A stretch of 64,000 bases of DNA from Eledone cirrhosa (GCA_964016885.1 OZ024741.1:225246001-225310000); one strand, 5' to 3'. Positions 39,391 to 52,695 are shown, counted from the first letter of the stretch. Numbers and translations are program-made. The notes: generated by a model not told the origin, from the sequence alone.

Positions 39391-39491
39391 GGATGAAAGG
39401 CAAAGTCAACCGCGGCGGGATTTGAACTCAGATCGTAAAGGGACGTAACTATGCTGGAAAGCATGGTGCCCGACCCTCTACCGATACTGCC
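39391..39491 (-). mobile_element. SINE fragment inside the PLE RT (duplicated at 43693-43793)
   Basis: GGATGAAAGGCAAAGTCAACC..CCGATACTGCC interrupts the RT between RPIIAG and motif B'. Confidence 0.85.
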
Positions 39492-40473
39492 TTCAAAATA
39501 ATGTCAACAAAATTGCTTAGACGGTGGGTAGGGCATGTTGGACCAGCTATAATAGGTCTAAGTTTTTAATCTTTTGGGTGTAGTAATTTAATGTACTCAC
39601 TTTTTTTGTTCTTTTACTGCCAGTTGGATCTCTTTTGACTTATGAACTTTCGGTAGGCCATACAGGTTGCTGGGCTTTGGCTCAAAATTGGTGATGTAGT
39701 CTCTTTCCTTATCAGTAAATGAGTTGTAGTATTTTGAAGCCAGGTTGTTGATCTTCTTCATGATGTTGTGGTCTATATTTGACGGTATTTCATGATAGAA
39801 TGTTGTGTCTTTCAGTTGTTCCTCAACCAAATCTTTGTAGTATTCAGCATCCATTATCACAATTGCACCCCCTTTATCTGCTTGTTTAATTATTATTCTT
39901 TTATCATTTTGTACACTTTTAAGTGCAGACATTCGGATTTGTTAATGTTTGGCCTAACATTAGTATTACGTTTAAGAGGAAATTTAGACAGGATGTCAAT
40001 GTATTGGTCGAGATAGATATTTCTTCCTTTTGGCGGAGTGAAATTTGATTTATTCTTTACTAGTGATTCATCACTCTCATTACTTTTATCAGCAAAGAAT
40101 TCTACAAGTCGTAATTTTCGACAGAATTCTCGGGTACCCTCCTTCAGTTCTTGGTGGTTGACTATTGGAGTCGATGTGAATTTCAGTCCTTTTGACAGAA
40201 TTTGCATTTCATCATTGTCAAGATCTCTTTTGGATGAATTAATTATTTTAGGATCTACGTGTTCAGTTGTTTGGGTATGTTTCCTCCTGGAGTTTTTCTT
40301 TTTCCGGTTTTTGTTGTCCTGGCGTTACAAAATGGATTTTTCTCTGTTCAGGATTTATATTCCTGTTGGTGTTTGCTTGATGAACTTTTGGTCGTGATAT
40401 TACATTTAGTTTCGTTATGGTTTTTGCCCTATTTTTGGTATTATGTATATTATTTTTCAATTTCTTGTTAGCA

Positions 40474-40660
40474 TGGTGGATTGGCAGTATCGGTAGAGAG
40501 TCGGACACCATGCTTTGAAGCATAGAGTTACGTCCCTTTATGATCTGAGTTCAAATCCCGCCGAGGTTAACTTTGCCTTTCATCCTTACGGGGTCGATAA
40601 AATAAAGTACCAGTCATGTACTGGGTAATTGCTGGCCTTGTGCCTAAAATAGAAACAATT
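40474..40660 (+). mobile_element. Full-length SINE inside the PLE (duplicated at 44776-44962)
   Basis: A-box, B-box GTTCAAATCC, and the family core and tail. Confidence 0.9.
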
Positions 40661-41848
40661 TTTTTTAACAATCTGGAAAAATGACCTAGGTTTGCTTTCA
40701 GGTTTAGATCGTTTTTTCGCCCAGTTTCTTGTGGGTAATCTCTGTTGAGATCTTCAGAGTGATCTGGTTATTCTACGGTTTTTCCCCCGTTCTCTGTTGG
40801 ATCTTGAGAATGGTCTCCTAGTTTTTCTACTTCTTTTGGTCTGGTCAAAGGAATATCTATCGTGTTTGTGCTTTTTGTTCATGTTGTGTGCGTTAGGGTG
40901 TTTTTGTAGAAAAAGCGAAGAGTTCTTACCGTAGTTCTTCTTTGATTCAAGGTAAGGTGAGTGTTTGTGTTGCCACGTGTTCTGGCGTATGTTGTGTTGG
41001 CGAGATTGTCCACTTTTAATGCTTTTTCTCAGAGTTCCAGAGTCTTTACCGTAATTTGCAGCATATTCATCGAGAAATAATTGTTTCTACTGCCATACAT
41101 TTCTTGATTTGCTTTCTTCTTTTGAGATATCTCTGATCTATAGTTCTCGTAGTTTTTCAGCTATATTACCAGTCGTTAGCTTTGAAATTTCGACTTCAAT
41201 TTGGTCATCGATAGCTTGGTATTTGGCTTTATAGCGGGATTGTTTACATTGAGTAATGGAGATGTCGGTCCTGAATTTTGTCAATGTAAGTTCCCATCGG
41301 AGTTTTGTTTCTTTTTCTGGTTCTCCTGCAATTTCTGTAATTAGGTATTAACGAGGGAGTATGGGTGCCGTTAGAGAGTGCCATTTCGAATGTGTTTCGA
41401 CATATTTTTCGCATTTGTATGCTTTCCAGAAGTTTTGTTTTCTTATGTTAAGAAATTTTTTCCATATCTTCCACATTTCTTTTCTTATTCGATGTGTTTT
41501 GTTTTCCAAATTTCTTTCGTTTAGTTCTGACATCCAAGGGGGTTGTGGTAGTCTTTCTCTTGTATCTTTGATAACTGTTGGTATAATTTCAGCTAAATTC
41601 TTAATTTCAGAGTTTATATGTTCAGTTATAAGTTTTCCGTCTGTAGATTGTTTTTCTATTTCCTTTAAAATAGAGGATTGTGTGTCAATCATCGTGATAA
41701 GTGTTGATAATTTCGATGATATCTCCTTTAGGATTTTTTCTGATTCTGTTGTTTTCATTTGTTGCTTTCCAGACATGTTGGCATATACAGAATATATATA
41801 TATATAAATAAATATACATGGGAGTGTATGATCGTGTATAGAAGATTA

Positions 41849-44800
41849 TATTAATAAAAGGAATTCCAACTTTGTCTGATTTACTAGTTTCATTTACAAT
41901 CCTTTAAAATTATAATGATATTATAGTATGGTAGAATATTAAATGTTAAGTGTTAATTGAACAAGTATTTCCATGCTTTCGCAATCTTCAGGCTCATATT
42001 CTGTGGTGACAGTCAAGTTTGCAATTTTCAACTGTAATGAGATGGGTAAATTGTGTGCCTTATATACAGTGAAAAGCGGCTAAAGAATGCTAAGTTTTGC
42101 AAACTGTATTTCGACCAAAGGTGTGTAGTTTCACTGAATTACTAAAGCTGATTGGTTTAGGCGTCATGGCTGATTGAGCATGTCTAACGACTTCTATTTG
42201 ACCCTATCCAAAGCATCAATTGTTTTGCTATTTTTAGAAATGATGAAAATGGCATCTTCTAGGGTTTTTATAAAAAGGACTTCAGTAATCATCACCATCA
42301 ACATCACTTTTAGTATTATTATTGTTGTTGTTGTTAGTGGTGGTAGTCGACAAGGTCGTAGGCGTAGTCATAGTAGGAGTAATACCCCTAAGCATTATTA
42401 TTGTTCATTTAGCTTGGGTTGGAATTTATCAATAAAATTATTTTCTTTAATTGTTCTCTTGATTTCACTTGGGCTGTGTAATTTGTAGAATGGAAATATT
42501 ATGAATATTTTCTGACCACATGTTGCTAGATAGTTACTCAGGGGTATCTGACGGACATTTGGGTCTCTGATTTGCTGTCGGTGCACCCGTGCACGTTCCG
42601 ATAGTGCATTTCCAGTTTGACCGACATATAGTTCTTCACAATTCGGGCATTTAATGCAGTAAATTAGATTTCTGATTTGCAGTTCATATTTGCATTTGGG
42701 AATATTTTTCCAGTTTTTGTGTTCATATATTGACCGGTGCGTATGGATTGACATGTGCCACATCGACTATCATTGCATTTAGATACAGTGAATGATTGGT
42801 CTTTGTTGTTAAGGTCAAACTTTGCCTTTGTTAGTAATTACTTCCAATTTTTCGGCTGTCTTTTACTAAGAGTCAAAGATCGGTCTGTGATTAAGCCTTT
42901 TAATTCATTACTTTGAGCAATGATCGGTAGGTTTGCTTTGGCAGTGTTGAAGATATTCTGGTGACATGGGTTGTGTGTCATTATAAATGGTATGACCAGT
43001 TCTTGGTTTCTTCTTCCTTGGGTTGTCCTAAGTTGTTGTATAGGTATTTTTATAGCCCGCTGTATGCTATTTTCTATAAGTAGAGATGGGTATTTTTGTT
43101 TGAGCAAAAATTCTCTCAGTTCTGTTAGGCGTTTGTTCCTGGTATTCCTATATTCTACAATGGTACAAATTCTTCTGGTTAGGCAGTATGGGATATTGCG
43201 TTTTGTATGAGGTGGATGGCATGACTTAAAATTCAAATATTGATGGGTGTCTGTGTGTTTATAATATATATCTGTGGTAATGTTGGTGTCGTTTTTGATT
43301 ACCATTATATCTAGGAATGGTAATTTGGTACTGCTCATCTCTTTTGTGAATTGGAGAGATGGGTGTAGGTTATTCAGGAGGTATTGAACTCATCCAGAAT
43401 ATCTAGAGATTCTGTCCAGATGATGAAACAGTCGTCAAGGTATCTCTTCCAACACTTTTCAATCTATTTTCTAAAGTCAGTACTATATTTTTGCTCTATT
43501 TCTTGGTAGAGTTGTTGTTCTAAGTATCCCATTACAGATTTCGCGTAAACGGGAGCAAACTTCGTTCCCATCGCTGTGCCTCTAATTTGGATGTAATTCT
43601 TTCCATGAAGAAGAAAGTGTTGTTTTTCAGAATAAGTTTGACTGCGTCTAATATAAATGGCGCTGTGAATCTAGTGGGAATCACTTCTCTATGGATGAAA
43701 GGCAAAGTCAACCGCGGCGGGATTTGAACTCAGATCGTAAAGGGACGTAACTATGCTGGAAAGCATGGTGCCCGACCCTCTACCGATACTGCCTTCAAAA
43801 TAATGTCAACAAAATTGCTTAGACGGTGGGTAGGGCATGTTGGACCAGCTATAATAGGTCTAAGTTTTTAATCTTTTGGGTGTAGTAATTTAATGTACTC
43901 ACTTTTTTTGTTCTTTTACTGCCAGTTGGATCTCTTTTGACTTATGAACTTTCGGTAGGCCATACAGGTTGCTGGGCTTTGGCTCAAAATTGGTGATGTA
44001 GTCTCTTTCCTTATCAGTAAATGAGTTGTAGTATTTTGAAGCCAGGTTGTTGATCTTCTTCATGATGTTGTGGTCTATATTTGACGGTATTTCATGATAG
44101 AATGTTGTGTCTTTCAGTTGTTCCTCAACCAAATCTTTGTAGTATTCAGCATCCATTATCACAATTGCACCCCCTTTATCTGCTTGTTTAATTATTATTC
44201 TTTTATCATTTTGTACACTTTTAAGTGCAGACATTCGGATTTGTTAATGTTTGGCCTAACATTAGTATTACGTTTAAGAGGAAATTTAGACAGGATGTCA
44301 ATGTATTGGTCGAGATAGATATTTCTTCCTTTTGGCGGAGTGAAATTTGATTTATTCTTTACTAGTGATTCATCACTCTCATTACTTTTATCAGCAAAGA
44401 ATTCTACAAGTCGTAATTTTCGACAGAATTCTCGGGTACCCTCCTTCAGTTCTTGGTGGTTGACTATTGGAGTCGATGTGAATTTCAGTCCTTTTGACAG
44501 AATTTGCATTTCATCATTGTCAAGATCTCTTTTGGATGAATTAATTATTTTAGGATCTACGTGTTCAGTTGTTTGGGTATGTTTCCTCCTGGAGTTTTTC
44601 TTTTTCCGGTTTTTGTTGTCCTGGCGTTACAAAATGGATTTTTCTCTGTTCAGGATTTATATTCCTGTTGGTGTTTGCTTGATGAACTTTTGGTCGTGAT
44701 ATTACATTTAGTTTCGTTATGGTTTTTGCCCTATTTTTGGTATTATGTATATTATTTTTCAATTTCTTGTTAGCATGGTGGATTGGCAGTATCGGTAGAG

Positions 44801-46150
44801 AGTCGGACACCATGCTTTGAAGCATAGAGTTACGTCCCTTTATGATCTGAGTTCAAATCCCGCCGAGGTTAACTTTGCCTTTCATCCTTACGGGGTCGAT
44901 AAAATAAAGTACCAGTCATGTACTGGGTAATTGCTGGCCTTGTGCCTAAAATAGAAACAATTTTTTTTAACAATCTGGAAAAATGACCTAGGTTTGCTTT
45001 CAGGTTTAGATCGTTTTTTCGCCCAGTTTCTTGTGGGTAATCTCTGTTGAGATCTTCAGAGTGATCTGGTTATTCTACGGTTTTTCCCCCGTTCTCTGTT
45101 GGATCTTGAGAATGGTCTCCTAGTTTTTCTACTTCTTTTGGTCTGGTCAAAGGAATATCTATCGTGTTTGTGCTTTTTGTTCATGTTGTGTGCGTTAGGG
45201 TGTTTTTGTAGAAAAAGCGAAGAGTTCTTACCGTAGTTCTTCTTTGATTCAAGGTAAGGTGAGTGTTTGTGTTGCCACGTGTTCTGGCGTATGTTGTGTT
45301 GGCGAGATTGTCCACTTTTAATGCTTTTTCTCAGAGTTCCAGAGTCTTTACCGTAATTTGCAGCATATTCATCGAGAAATAATTGTTTCTACTGCCATAC
45401 ATTTCTTGATTTGCTTTCTTCTTTTGAGATATCTCTGATCTATAGTTCTCGTAGTTTTTCAGCTATATTACCAGTCGTTAGCTTTGAAATTTCGACTTCA
45501 ATTTGGTCATCGATAGCTTGGTATTTGGCTTTATAGCGGGATTGTTTACATTGAGTAATGGAGATGTCGGTCCTGAATTTTGTCAATGTAAGTTCCCATC
45601 GGAGTTTTGTTTCTTTTTCTGGTTCTCCTGCAATTTCTGTAATTAGGTATTAACGAGGGAGTATGGGTGCCGTTAGAGAGTGCCATTTCGAATGTGTTTC
45701 GACATATTTTTCGCATTTGTATGCTTTCCAGAAGTTTTGTTTTCTTATGTTAAGAAATTTTTTCCATATCTTCCACATTTCTTTTCTTATTCGATGTGTT
45801 TTGTTTTCCAAATTTCTTTCGTTTAGTTCTGACATCCAAGGGGGTTGTGGTAGTCTTTCTCTTGTATCTTTGATAACTGTTGGTATAATTTCAGCTAAAT
45901 TCTTAATTTCAGAGTTTATATGTTCAGTTATAAGTTTTCCGTCTGTAGATTGTTTTTCTATTTCCTTTAAAATAGAGGATTGTGTGTCAATCATCGTGAT
46001 AAGTGTTGATAATTTCGATGATATCTCCTTTAGGATTTTTTCTGATTCTGTTGTTTTCATTTGTTGCTTTCCAGACATGTTGGCATATACAGAATATATA
46101 TATATATAAATAAATATACATGGGAGTGTATGATCGTGTATAGAAGATTA
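41849..46150 (-). mobile_element. Tandem duplicate of the PLE (copy B, period 4302 bp)
   Basis: Body ORFs repeat at +4302 with identical lesions and SINEs. Confidence 0.95.
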
Positions 46151-47109
46151 TATTAATAAAAGGAATTCCAACTTTGTCTGATTTACTAGTTTCATTTACA
46201 ATCCTTTAAAATTATAATGATATTATAGTATGGTAGAATATTAAATGTTAAGTGTTAATTGAACAAGTATTTCCATGCTTTCGCAATCTTCAGGCTCATA
46301 TTCTGTGGTGACAGTCAAGTTTGCAATTTTCAACTGTAATGAGATGGGTAAATTGTGTGCCTTATATACAGTGAAAAGCGGCTAAAGAATGCTAAGTTTT
46401 GCAAACTGTATTTCGACCAAAGGTGTGTAGTTTCACTGAATTACTAAAGCTGATTGGTTTAGGCGTCATGGCTGATTGAGCATGTCTAACGACTTCTATT
46501 TGACCCTATCCAAAGCATCAATTGTTTTGCTATTTTTAGAAATGATGAAAATGGCATCTTCTAGGGTTTTTATAAAAAGGACTTCAGTAATCATCACCAT
46601 CAACATCACTTTTAGTATTATTATTGTTGTTGTTGTTAGTGGTGGTAGTCGACAAGGTCGTAGGCGTAGTCATAGTAGGAGTAATACCCCTAAGCATTAT
46701 TATTGTTCATTTAGCTTGGGTTGGAATTTATCAATAAAATTATTTTCTTTAATTGTTCTCTTGATTTCACTTGGGCTGTGTAATTTGTAGAATGGAAATA
46801 TTATGAATATTTTCTGACCACATGTTGCTAGATAGTTACTCAGGGGTATCTGACGGACATTTGGGTCTCTGATTTGCTGTCGGTGCACCCGTGCACGTTC
46901 CGATAGTGCATTTCCAGTTTGACCGACATATAGTTCTTCACAATTCGGGCATTTAATGCAGTAAATTAGATTTCTGATTTGCAGTTCATATTTGCATTTG
47001 GGAATATTTTTCAAGTTTTTGTGTTCATATATTGACCAGTCTGTATGGATTGATATGTGCCACATCGACTATCATTGCATTTAGATACAGTGAATGATTG
47101 GTCTTTGTT
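46151..47109 (-). mobile_element. Upstream pseudo-LTR of the PLE (3' ~960 bp including GIY-YIG)
   Basis: Third copy of ORF 46700-47065 plus 3' UTR, truncated at ~47109. Confidence 0.9.
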
Positions 47110-47221
47110 TTAATTCATTATGCGCCCTTTTGGCTGTATTACATTACAGACAAGCAAACAAGCAAGCAAGCAATCGCAGAATTTTAGTAATATATATATA
47201 TACATACATACACACACACAC

Positions 47222-47329
<108 letters not shown>

Positions 47330-47412
47330 TTATTAAAATAACAGATTAAAGTTTAAGCAAAGAATCGCTGCTTTCACCCTTAACGGGATCTATATATATT
47401 ACTATATATATA

Positions 47413-48113
47413 TCAGAGACCCAAATGTCCATCAGATACCCCTGAGTAAACATCTAGCCACATGTGGTCAGAAAATATTTCTAATATTTCCATTCTACAA
47501 ATTACACAGCCCAAGTGAAATCAAGAGAACAATTAAAGAAAATAATTTTATTGATAAATTCCAACCCAAGCTAAATGAACAATAATAATGCTTAGGGGTA
47601 TTACTCCTACTATGACTACGCCTACGACCTTGTCGACTACCACCACTAACAACAACAACAATATTAATACTAAAAGTGATGTTGATGGTGATGATTACTG
47701 AAGACCTTTTATAAAAACCCAAGAAGATGCTATTTTCATCATTTCTAAAAATAGCAAAACAATTGATGTTTTGGATAGGGTCAAATAGAAGTCGTTAGAC
47801 ATGCTCAACCAGCCATGACGCCTAAACCAATTAGCTTTAGTAATCCAGTGAAACTACACATCGTACATTCTGTTGCCGCTTTTCACTGTATGTAAGGCAC
47901 ACAATTTACCCATCTCATTATAGTTGAAAATTGCAAACTTGACTGTCACCACAGAATATGAGCCTGAAGATTGCGAAAGCATGAAAGTACTTGTTCAATT
48001 AACACTTAACATTTAATATTCTACCATACTATTTCATTATAATATCATTATGATTTTAAAGGATTGTAAACAAAACGAGTAAATCAGACAAAGTTGGAAT
48101 TCCTTTTATTAAT
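47413..48113 (+). mobile_element. Inverted 3'-end copy of the Neptune-like PLE
   Basis: Reverse complement of ~46151-46872, ending CTTTTATTAATATA in a TA/CA repeat. Confidence 0.9.
47959..47997 (+). ncRNA. pLTR hammerhead (homologues on the minus strand at 37745-37783, 41958-41996 and 46260-46298)
   Basis: tgagc-CTGAAGA-t-tgc-gaaa-gca-t-GAAAG-ta-CTT-gttca, with palindromic aagtactt. Confidence 0.8.
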
Positions 48114-48381
48114 ATATACACACACATATATATACATATATATATATCGTTGCCTGATGTGGGGTTGTAATTATTAAAGAAAGAACCATCAATATATAAA
48201 CATAGTGGTAAATATACTATATTATATAAAACGCAACTAACTGACATGTACATTTCTAGGTACTCGACGGTGACACACATTCCAATGGTTGACGAACGAA
48301 GCATCAATAACATCAGTTTACTTCGGGAAACCTGAATATTTTGGAAGGTGTATGCCAGTATGCCTTGTGTTTTATAAAACA

Positions 48382-49018
48382 CTAGCAGAATGGCCCGGTG
48401 CTGCTCCGGAATCTAAACATGTATTGGCATGTTTATCTCTCCTTTCTGAAACGGTACAGAGAAGTACGGAATATCTCGGCCTGGGGATGGTATCTACATT
48501 TTGTGCTTATAAATGCTTTTTTTACAAAATATTTGCTTGTTTTACGGTGTATTCAAATAGGCTTGTTTTCAAGTAAAAATATTGTCTTAAAAGACTTTTT
48601 AATGAAAATGAAGGAAAATGGAAGCTTAATGTTGAAATTTCGAACTCATGAATTTTGCAGGTTAAAATTTGTTTGTGCAGGTTAAAAGATGTTCGTGTAT
48701 GTTTGTACTTTTGCACGCGTCGTTTATTCGTAACGTAATGACGCCATACAAGGGCAGAATGACGTCATAAAAGGGAAATAACTCGTCTCTCAGCTCTATT
48801 TATACATTTGAACTGAAAAATCAATACATTACAAATTCGATTTTTTCACTTGGCGCGGGTCGATTTGAACATTATTTTGACCGATGTCTTCGCCGGACCT
48901 TCATCTATAAGTGTAGTAATTTCACCGAAATTTAAACGTACGGTTTAGGAGGAGATGTGTGCCAACCGTTTTGGTAGACAGACAGACAGAAAGACAACCT
49001 CAGTTTTATATATATAGA
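48382..49018 (-). mobile_element. Non-autonomous Helitron
   Basis: Minus strand reads A|TCTATATATATAAAA..(TGTC)n...CCGG-7 nt-CCGG hairpin-9 nt-CTAG|T. No target duplication. Confidence 0.8.
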
Positions 49019-49439
49019 TATAGAGATGGCCGACTGAATACGCACGTGTGTTTTTTCTCATTTTCCCCGTTAGTTCCTCTCATCACTCTTTACTTTTTAT
49101 TATTCATTTTATGATGAAAGACTAGTGTCCGAAACTTTAATACTCTCTTCCTGCAATTTTAAGCATTAAACTAATATATTTCTTCCATGTATAGTCTCGG
49201 TTGTTTTGTTATTTTTGTCATTTCAGTTCACATTTTACACACAAACACAGATACAGGCGCACACACACATGCACACACTCACACACGCACACATATATAT
49301 ATATGTGCGCGTGTGTGTGTGTGTGTGTGTGTATATGTATATATATATATACACACATACACACACACATATATATATATATGTATATGTGTGTCTGTAT
49401 ATATATATCTACACACACACACATACACACACATGTGTG

Positions 49440-49508
<69 letters not shown>

Positions 49509-49509
49509 T

Positions 49510-49577
<68 letters not shown>

Positions 49578-49700
49578 GGTAAATATTGATGCAATTCAAT
49601 TCAAGCACTCAACGTACTTTTTCCACATAGGAGTGACGGAGTAAATATCGAATAAGGAAAAGCGAAGTAGTTTCAGATGTTCAAGTCTTTTAATAATAAT

Positions 49701-49774
49701 GCTGTGATATATATTTCAATGACGACACTGGCCACACTGTTCTGTGCGCGAGTGTCGTGTCATCATCAGACAGC
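49701..49774 (-). ncRNA. Type I hammerhead ribozyme
   Basis: gctgt-CTGATGA-tgac-acgacact...agtgtcgt-catt-GAAAT-atat-ATC-acagc. Confidence 0.85.
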
Positions 49775-49891
49775 TTGTTACATAATAAGGTGATGTTTCC
49801 GAGGCAATCCAAATTGGATCGACAAGGGAACGGATGAATTGCGTGTTTTTGGGTTTTTCAAGGGAGCGGATGAAACTACTTCGCTTTTCCT

Positions 49892-50028
<137 letters not shown>

Positions 50029-50074
50029 CACACACATATATACATATATATCTGTATATATATATGTGTGTTTG

Positions 50075-50122
<48 letters not shown>

Positions 50123-50125
50123 CAA

Positions 50126-50200
<75 letters not shown>

Positions 50201-50896
50201 AAATTAGGTTAAATTCACAACATTTTCATCTGTTGGATTGACGAGCTGCGGAAATAATTCCTTAGCGAAATCCGCGTATTCAACAGATAAAAATGTTGTG
50301 AATTTAATCTCTCTTTATATATTGATATATATATAATCCCATATGCTAAACTACAATACCAAGACTTCCACGTTCTTTTGAATAAAATCTTATGAAAACA
50401 TAGATATATATAAGTATTCTGATGAGGTTCATAAGAGCTTGATTATTGGGTCTCTTTTGGGAGACAAATTAAAAGCTAATGAACTAATTAGGAATGCACT
50501 GTAATTATTGACTCTATGCGTGAATGTGTGTGTGTGTGTGTGTGTATGTGTGAATGTGTGTGTGAGTGTGTGCTAGTGTGTGTGTGTGTGAATGTGTGTG
50601 TCTCTTTGCGTATGTTTGTCTGTATATATGTGTGTATGAGTGTGAATGTGTGTGTCTCTGTGTATGTATGTCTGTGTGTGTGCGCGTGTGCGCGTGTGAA
50701 TGTGTGTGTCTGTCTCTGTGCGTGTGTATGTGTTTTAAATTACCATGGTGTTATGTGTAAGCAACTGTGCGTTATAGTGATGTGTTGCATGTAGCTTTGT
50801 GTAGTATGGTGTTGGTTGTATGTGGCGTGTGGCCGTGTAGTAATGGTTGCCTATTATATATATATATGGAAAGGAGGAGGTTTGAGACCTTTATTT

Positions 50897-50933
50897 CCCT
50901 CTGAAGAAGAGATATTATCTCGAAAATTAAGGA
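50897..50933 (+). ncRNA. Ultra-minimal hammerhead (loopless stem III)
   Basis: cct-CTGAAGA-a-gagat-att-atctc-GAAAA-TTA-agg. Confidence 0.6.
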
Positions 50934-51046
50934 CATTTAAATAAATCTAAGGTAAATGACGAATTGTCAACAATATCTTTTGCAATTGCATTCTTTTTTC
51001 TATGTCCATACCTGCATTGTTTTGGCTTTATTATACATATTCAAAC

Positions 51047-51087
<41 letters not shown>

Positions 51088-51118
51088 GAAGTGGTTACAT
51101 AACAGTTAGTTAACCATA

Positions 51119-51158
51119 CCGAGAACAATTGTTTCACCTTATCGGATCCTCAGCTCGG
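51119..51158 (-). ncRNA. Minimal type I hammerhead (mirror copy)
   Basis: Exact reverse complement of 51171-51210. Confidence 0.88.
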
Positions 51159-51170
51159 AATGGGCCCATT

Positions 51171-51210
51171 CCGAGCTGAGGATCCGATAAGGTGAAACAA
51201 TTGTTCTCGG
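51171..51210 (+). ncRNA. Minimal type I hammerhead
   Basis: ccgag-CTGAGGA-t-cc-gataa-gg-t-GAAAC-aatt-GTT-ctcgg. Confidence 0.88.
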
Positions 51211-51533
51211 TATGGTGAACTAACTGTTGTGTAACCACTTCTACCTAACTCGTCCCATGGACTGAGTGCTCTACCATTACGGATATTACCTTCCAGTGTT
51301 CCACCACTATATATATATATATATATGCATGTATGCTTACTTGCATGCGTGTGTATTTATATTGAAGTTGTGCTGTGTGTCTATGTTGTGGGTGTAGTGA
51401 AGTGTATTTGAGCACAATCATGCTGCATATTTTTAATATTTCGTGTTGATAACAACTCTTCCCACTTTTTAACAACGTAAGCATATAATTCTTTGAGATA
51501 TTATTCAAATTATCCAAACAACAAAGGGAATCC

Positions 51534-52385
51534 AATACCAGGTAAACAGGTAGGTGAATAATAGTATGGACTGTTCCACTGTCACAGAAAGGGGAGTCTA
51601 CATTGTTCTTATTTCAATACCAGGAAACAGGTAGGTGACTAATAGTATGGACTGTTCCACTGTTACAGAAAAGGGAGTCTACATTGTTCTTATTTCAATA
51701 CCAGGAAACAGGTAGGTGAATAATAGTATGGACTGTTCCACTGTCACAGAAAAGGGAGCCTACATTGTTCTTATTTCAATACCAGGTAAACAAGTAGGTG
51801 AATGGACTGTTCCACTGTCACAGAAATGGGAGTTTACATTATGTTATTATTTCAATACCAGTTAAACGTGTAGGTGAATAATAATATGGACTGTTCCACT
51901 GTCACAGAAAGGGGAGTCTACATTGTTTTCTTATTTCAATACCAGGTAAACCTATAGGTGATTAATGGTTTTGACTATTCCACTGTCACAGAAAGGGGAG
52001 TTTACATTGTTTTCTTATTTCAATACCAGGTAAACGTGTAGGTGATTATTGGTTTGGACTGTTCCATTGTCACAGGCAGAGGAGTCTACATTATGTTTCT
52101 ATTTCAATACCAGGTGAATCTAAAGGTGACTAATGCCTTGAACTGTTCCACTAACACAGACAAGGGAGTTTACATTGTGTTCTTATTTCAATAACAGCTA
52201 AATCTTTAGCTGATTAATGGTATAGAACGATACATTGTCACAGTCAGTGCAGCCAACATTATCTTCCTATTTTCATACCAGACAAACCAGTAGGGGAATA
52301 ATAATATGGACTGTTCCAATGTCACAGACAGGGGAGTCAGCATTATGTTACTATTTCAATACCAGGTAAACATGTTGGTAATTAA
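51534..52385. repeat. ~82-84-bp minisatellite, about 10 copies
   Basis: Unit AATACCAGGTAAACAGGTAGGTGAATAATAGTATGGACTGTTCCACTGTCACAGAAAGGGGAGTCTACATTGTTCTTATTTC. Confidence 0.95.
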
Positions 52386-52544
52386 TGGTTTGGGTTATTT
52401 CTTCCAAAGTCACAAAAATTAATGTTATGTTCCTCTTTCAAATTTGTGTCTTTGGTTAGGACAAATCCAGCGTGAAATCCATTAAGAGAAGCAGATGGAG
52501 TGGCAGAGAACATGTAAGAAAGAGATATAGAGGAATAATTGACC

Positions 52545-52695
52545 ACAATACTGGACTGGTACGTATTTTTATTGTTCTCAGAAGGATGGAGGGCAAAGTT
52601 GACTGCAGTGAGATTTAAACCGAGAGCGAAGAGAGCTGGCACGAATACCGCAAAGCATTATCTCCTCTATTCTAACGACTCGGCCAATTCGTACC
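52545..52695 (-). mobile_element. Old, diverged SINE
   Basis: GAAGGATGGAGGGCAAAGTTGAC..GAGATTTAAACC..TCTAACGACTCGGCCAATTC. Confidence 0.6.

Larger units (their letters stand above)
37637..41848 (-). mobile_element. Decayed full-length Penelope-like element, Neptune-like (copy A)
   Basis: KQADKGGAIVIMD, LYGLPKVHK, RPIIAG, GTAMGTKFAP, WKRYLDDCF, LPFLDI, YYKHTDTHQYL; Cys linker; NLIYCIKCPNCEELYVGQT..ERARVH. Frameshifts and two SINE insertions are present. Confidence 0.92.
51086..51243. repeat. Near-perfect 158-bp palindrome of two head-to-head hammerheads
   Basis: Centre is GGG|CCC at 51164/51165. Confidence 0.97.

Noticed and set aside
49107-49140. ATGATGA-aagactagtgtcc-GAAACTTT; similar remnants at 30705-30735, 50419-50445, 62090-62125 and 62305-62358
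   Set aside because: The cores are mutated or truncated. They are probably dead HHRs but cannot be supported individually.
51534-52385. CRISPR-like array
   Set aside because: Whole units repeat with no unique spacers, the context is eukaryotic, and there are no cas genes.
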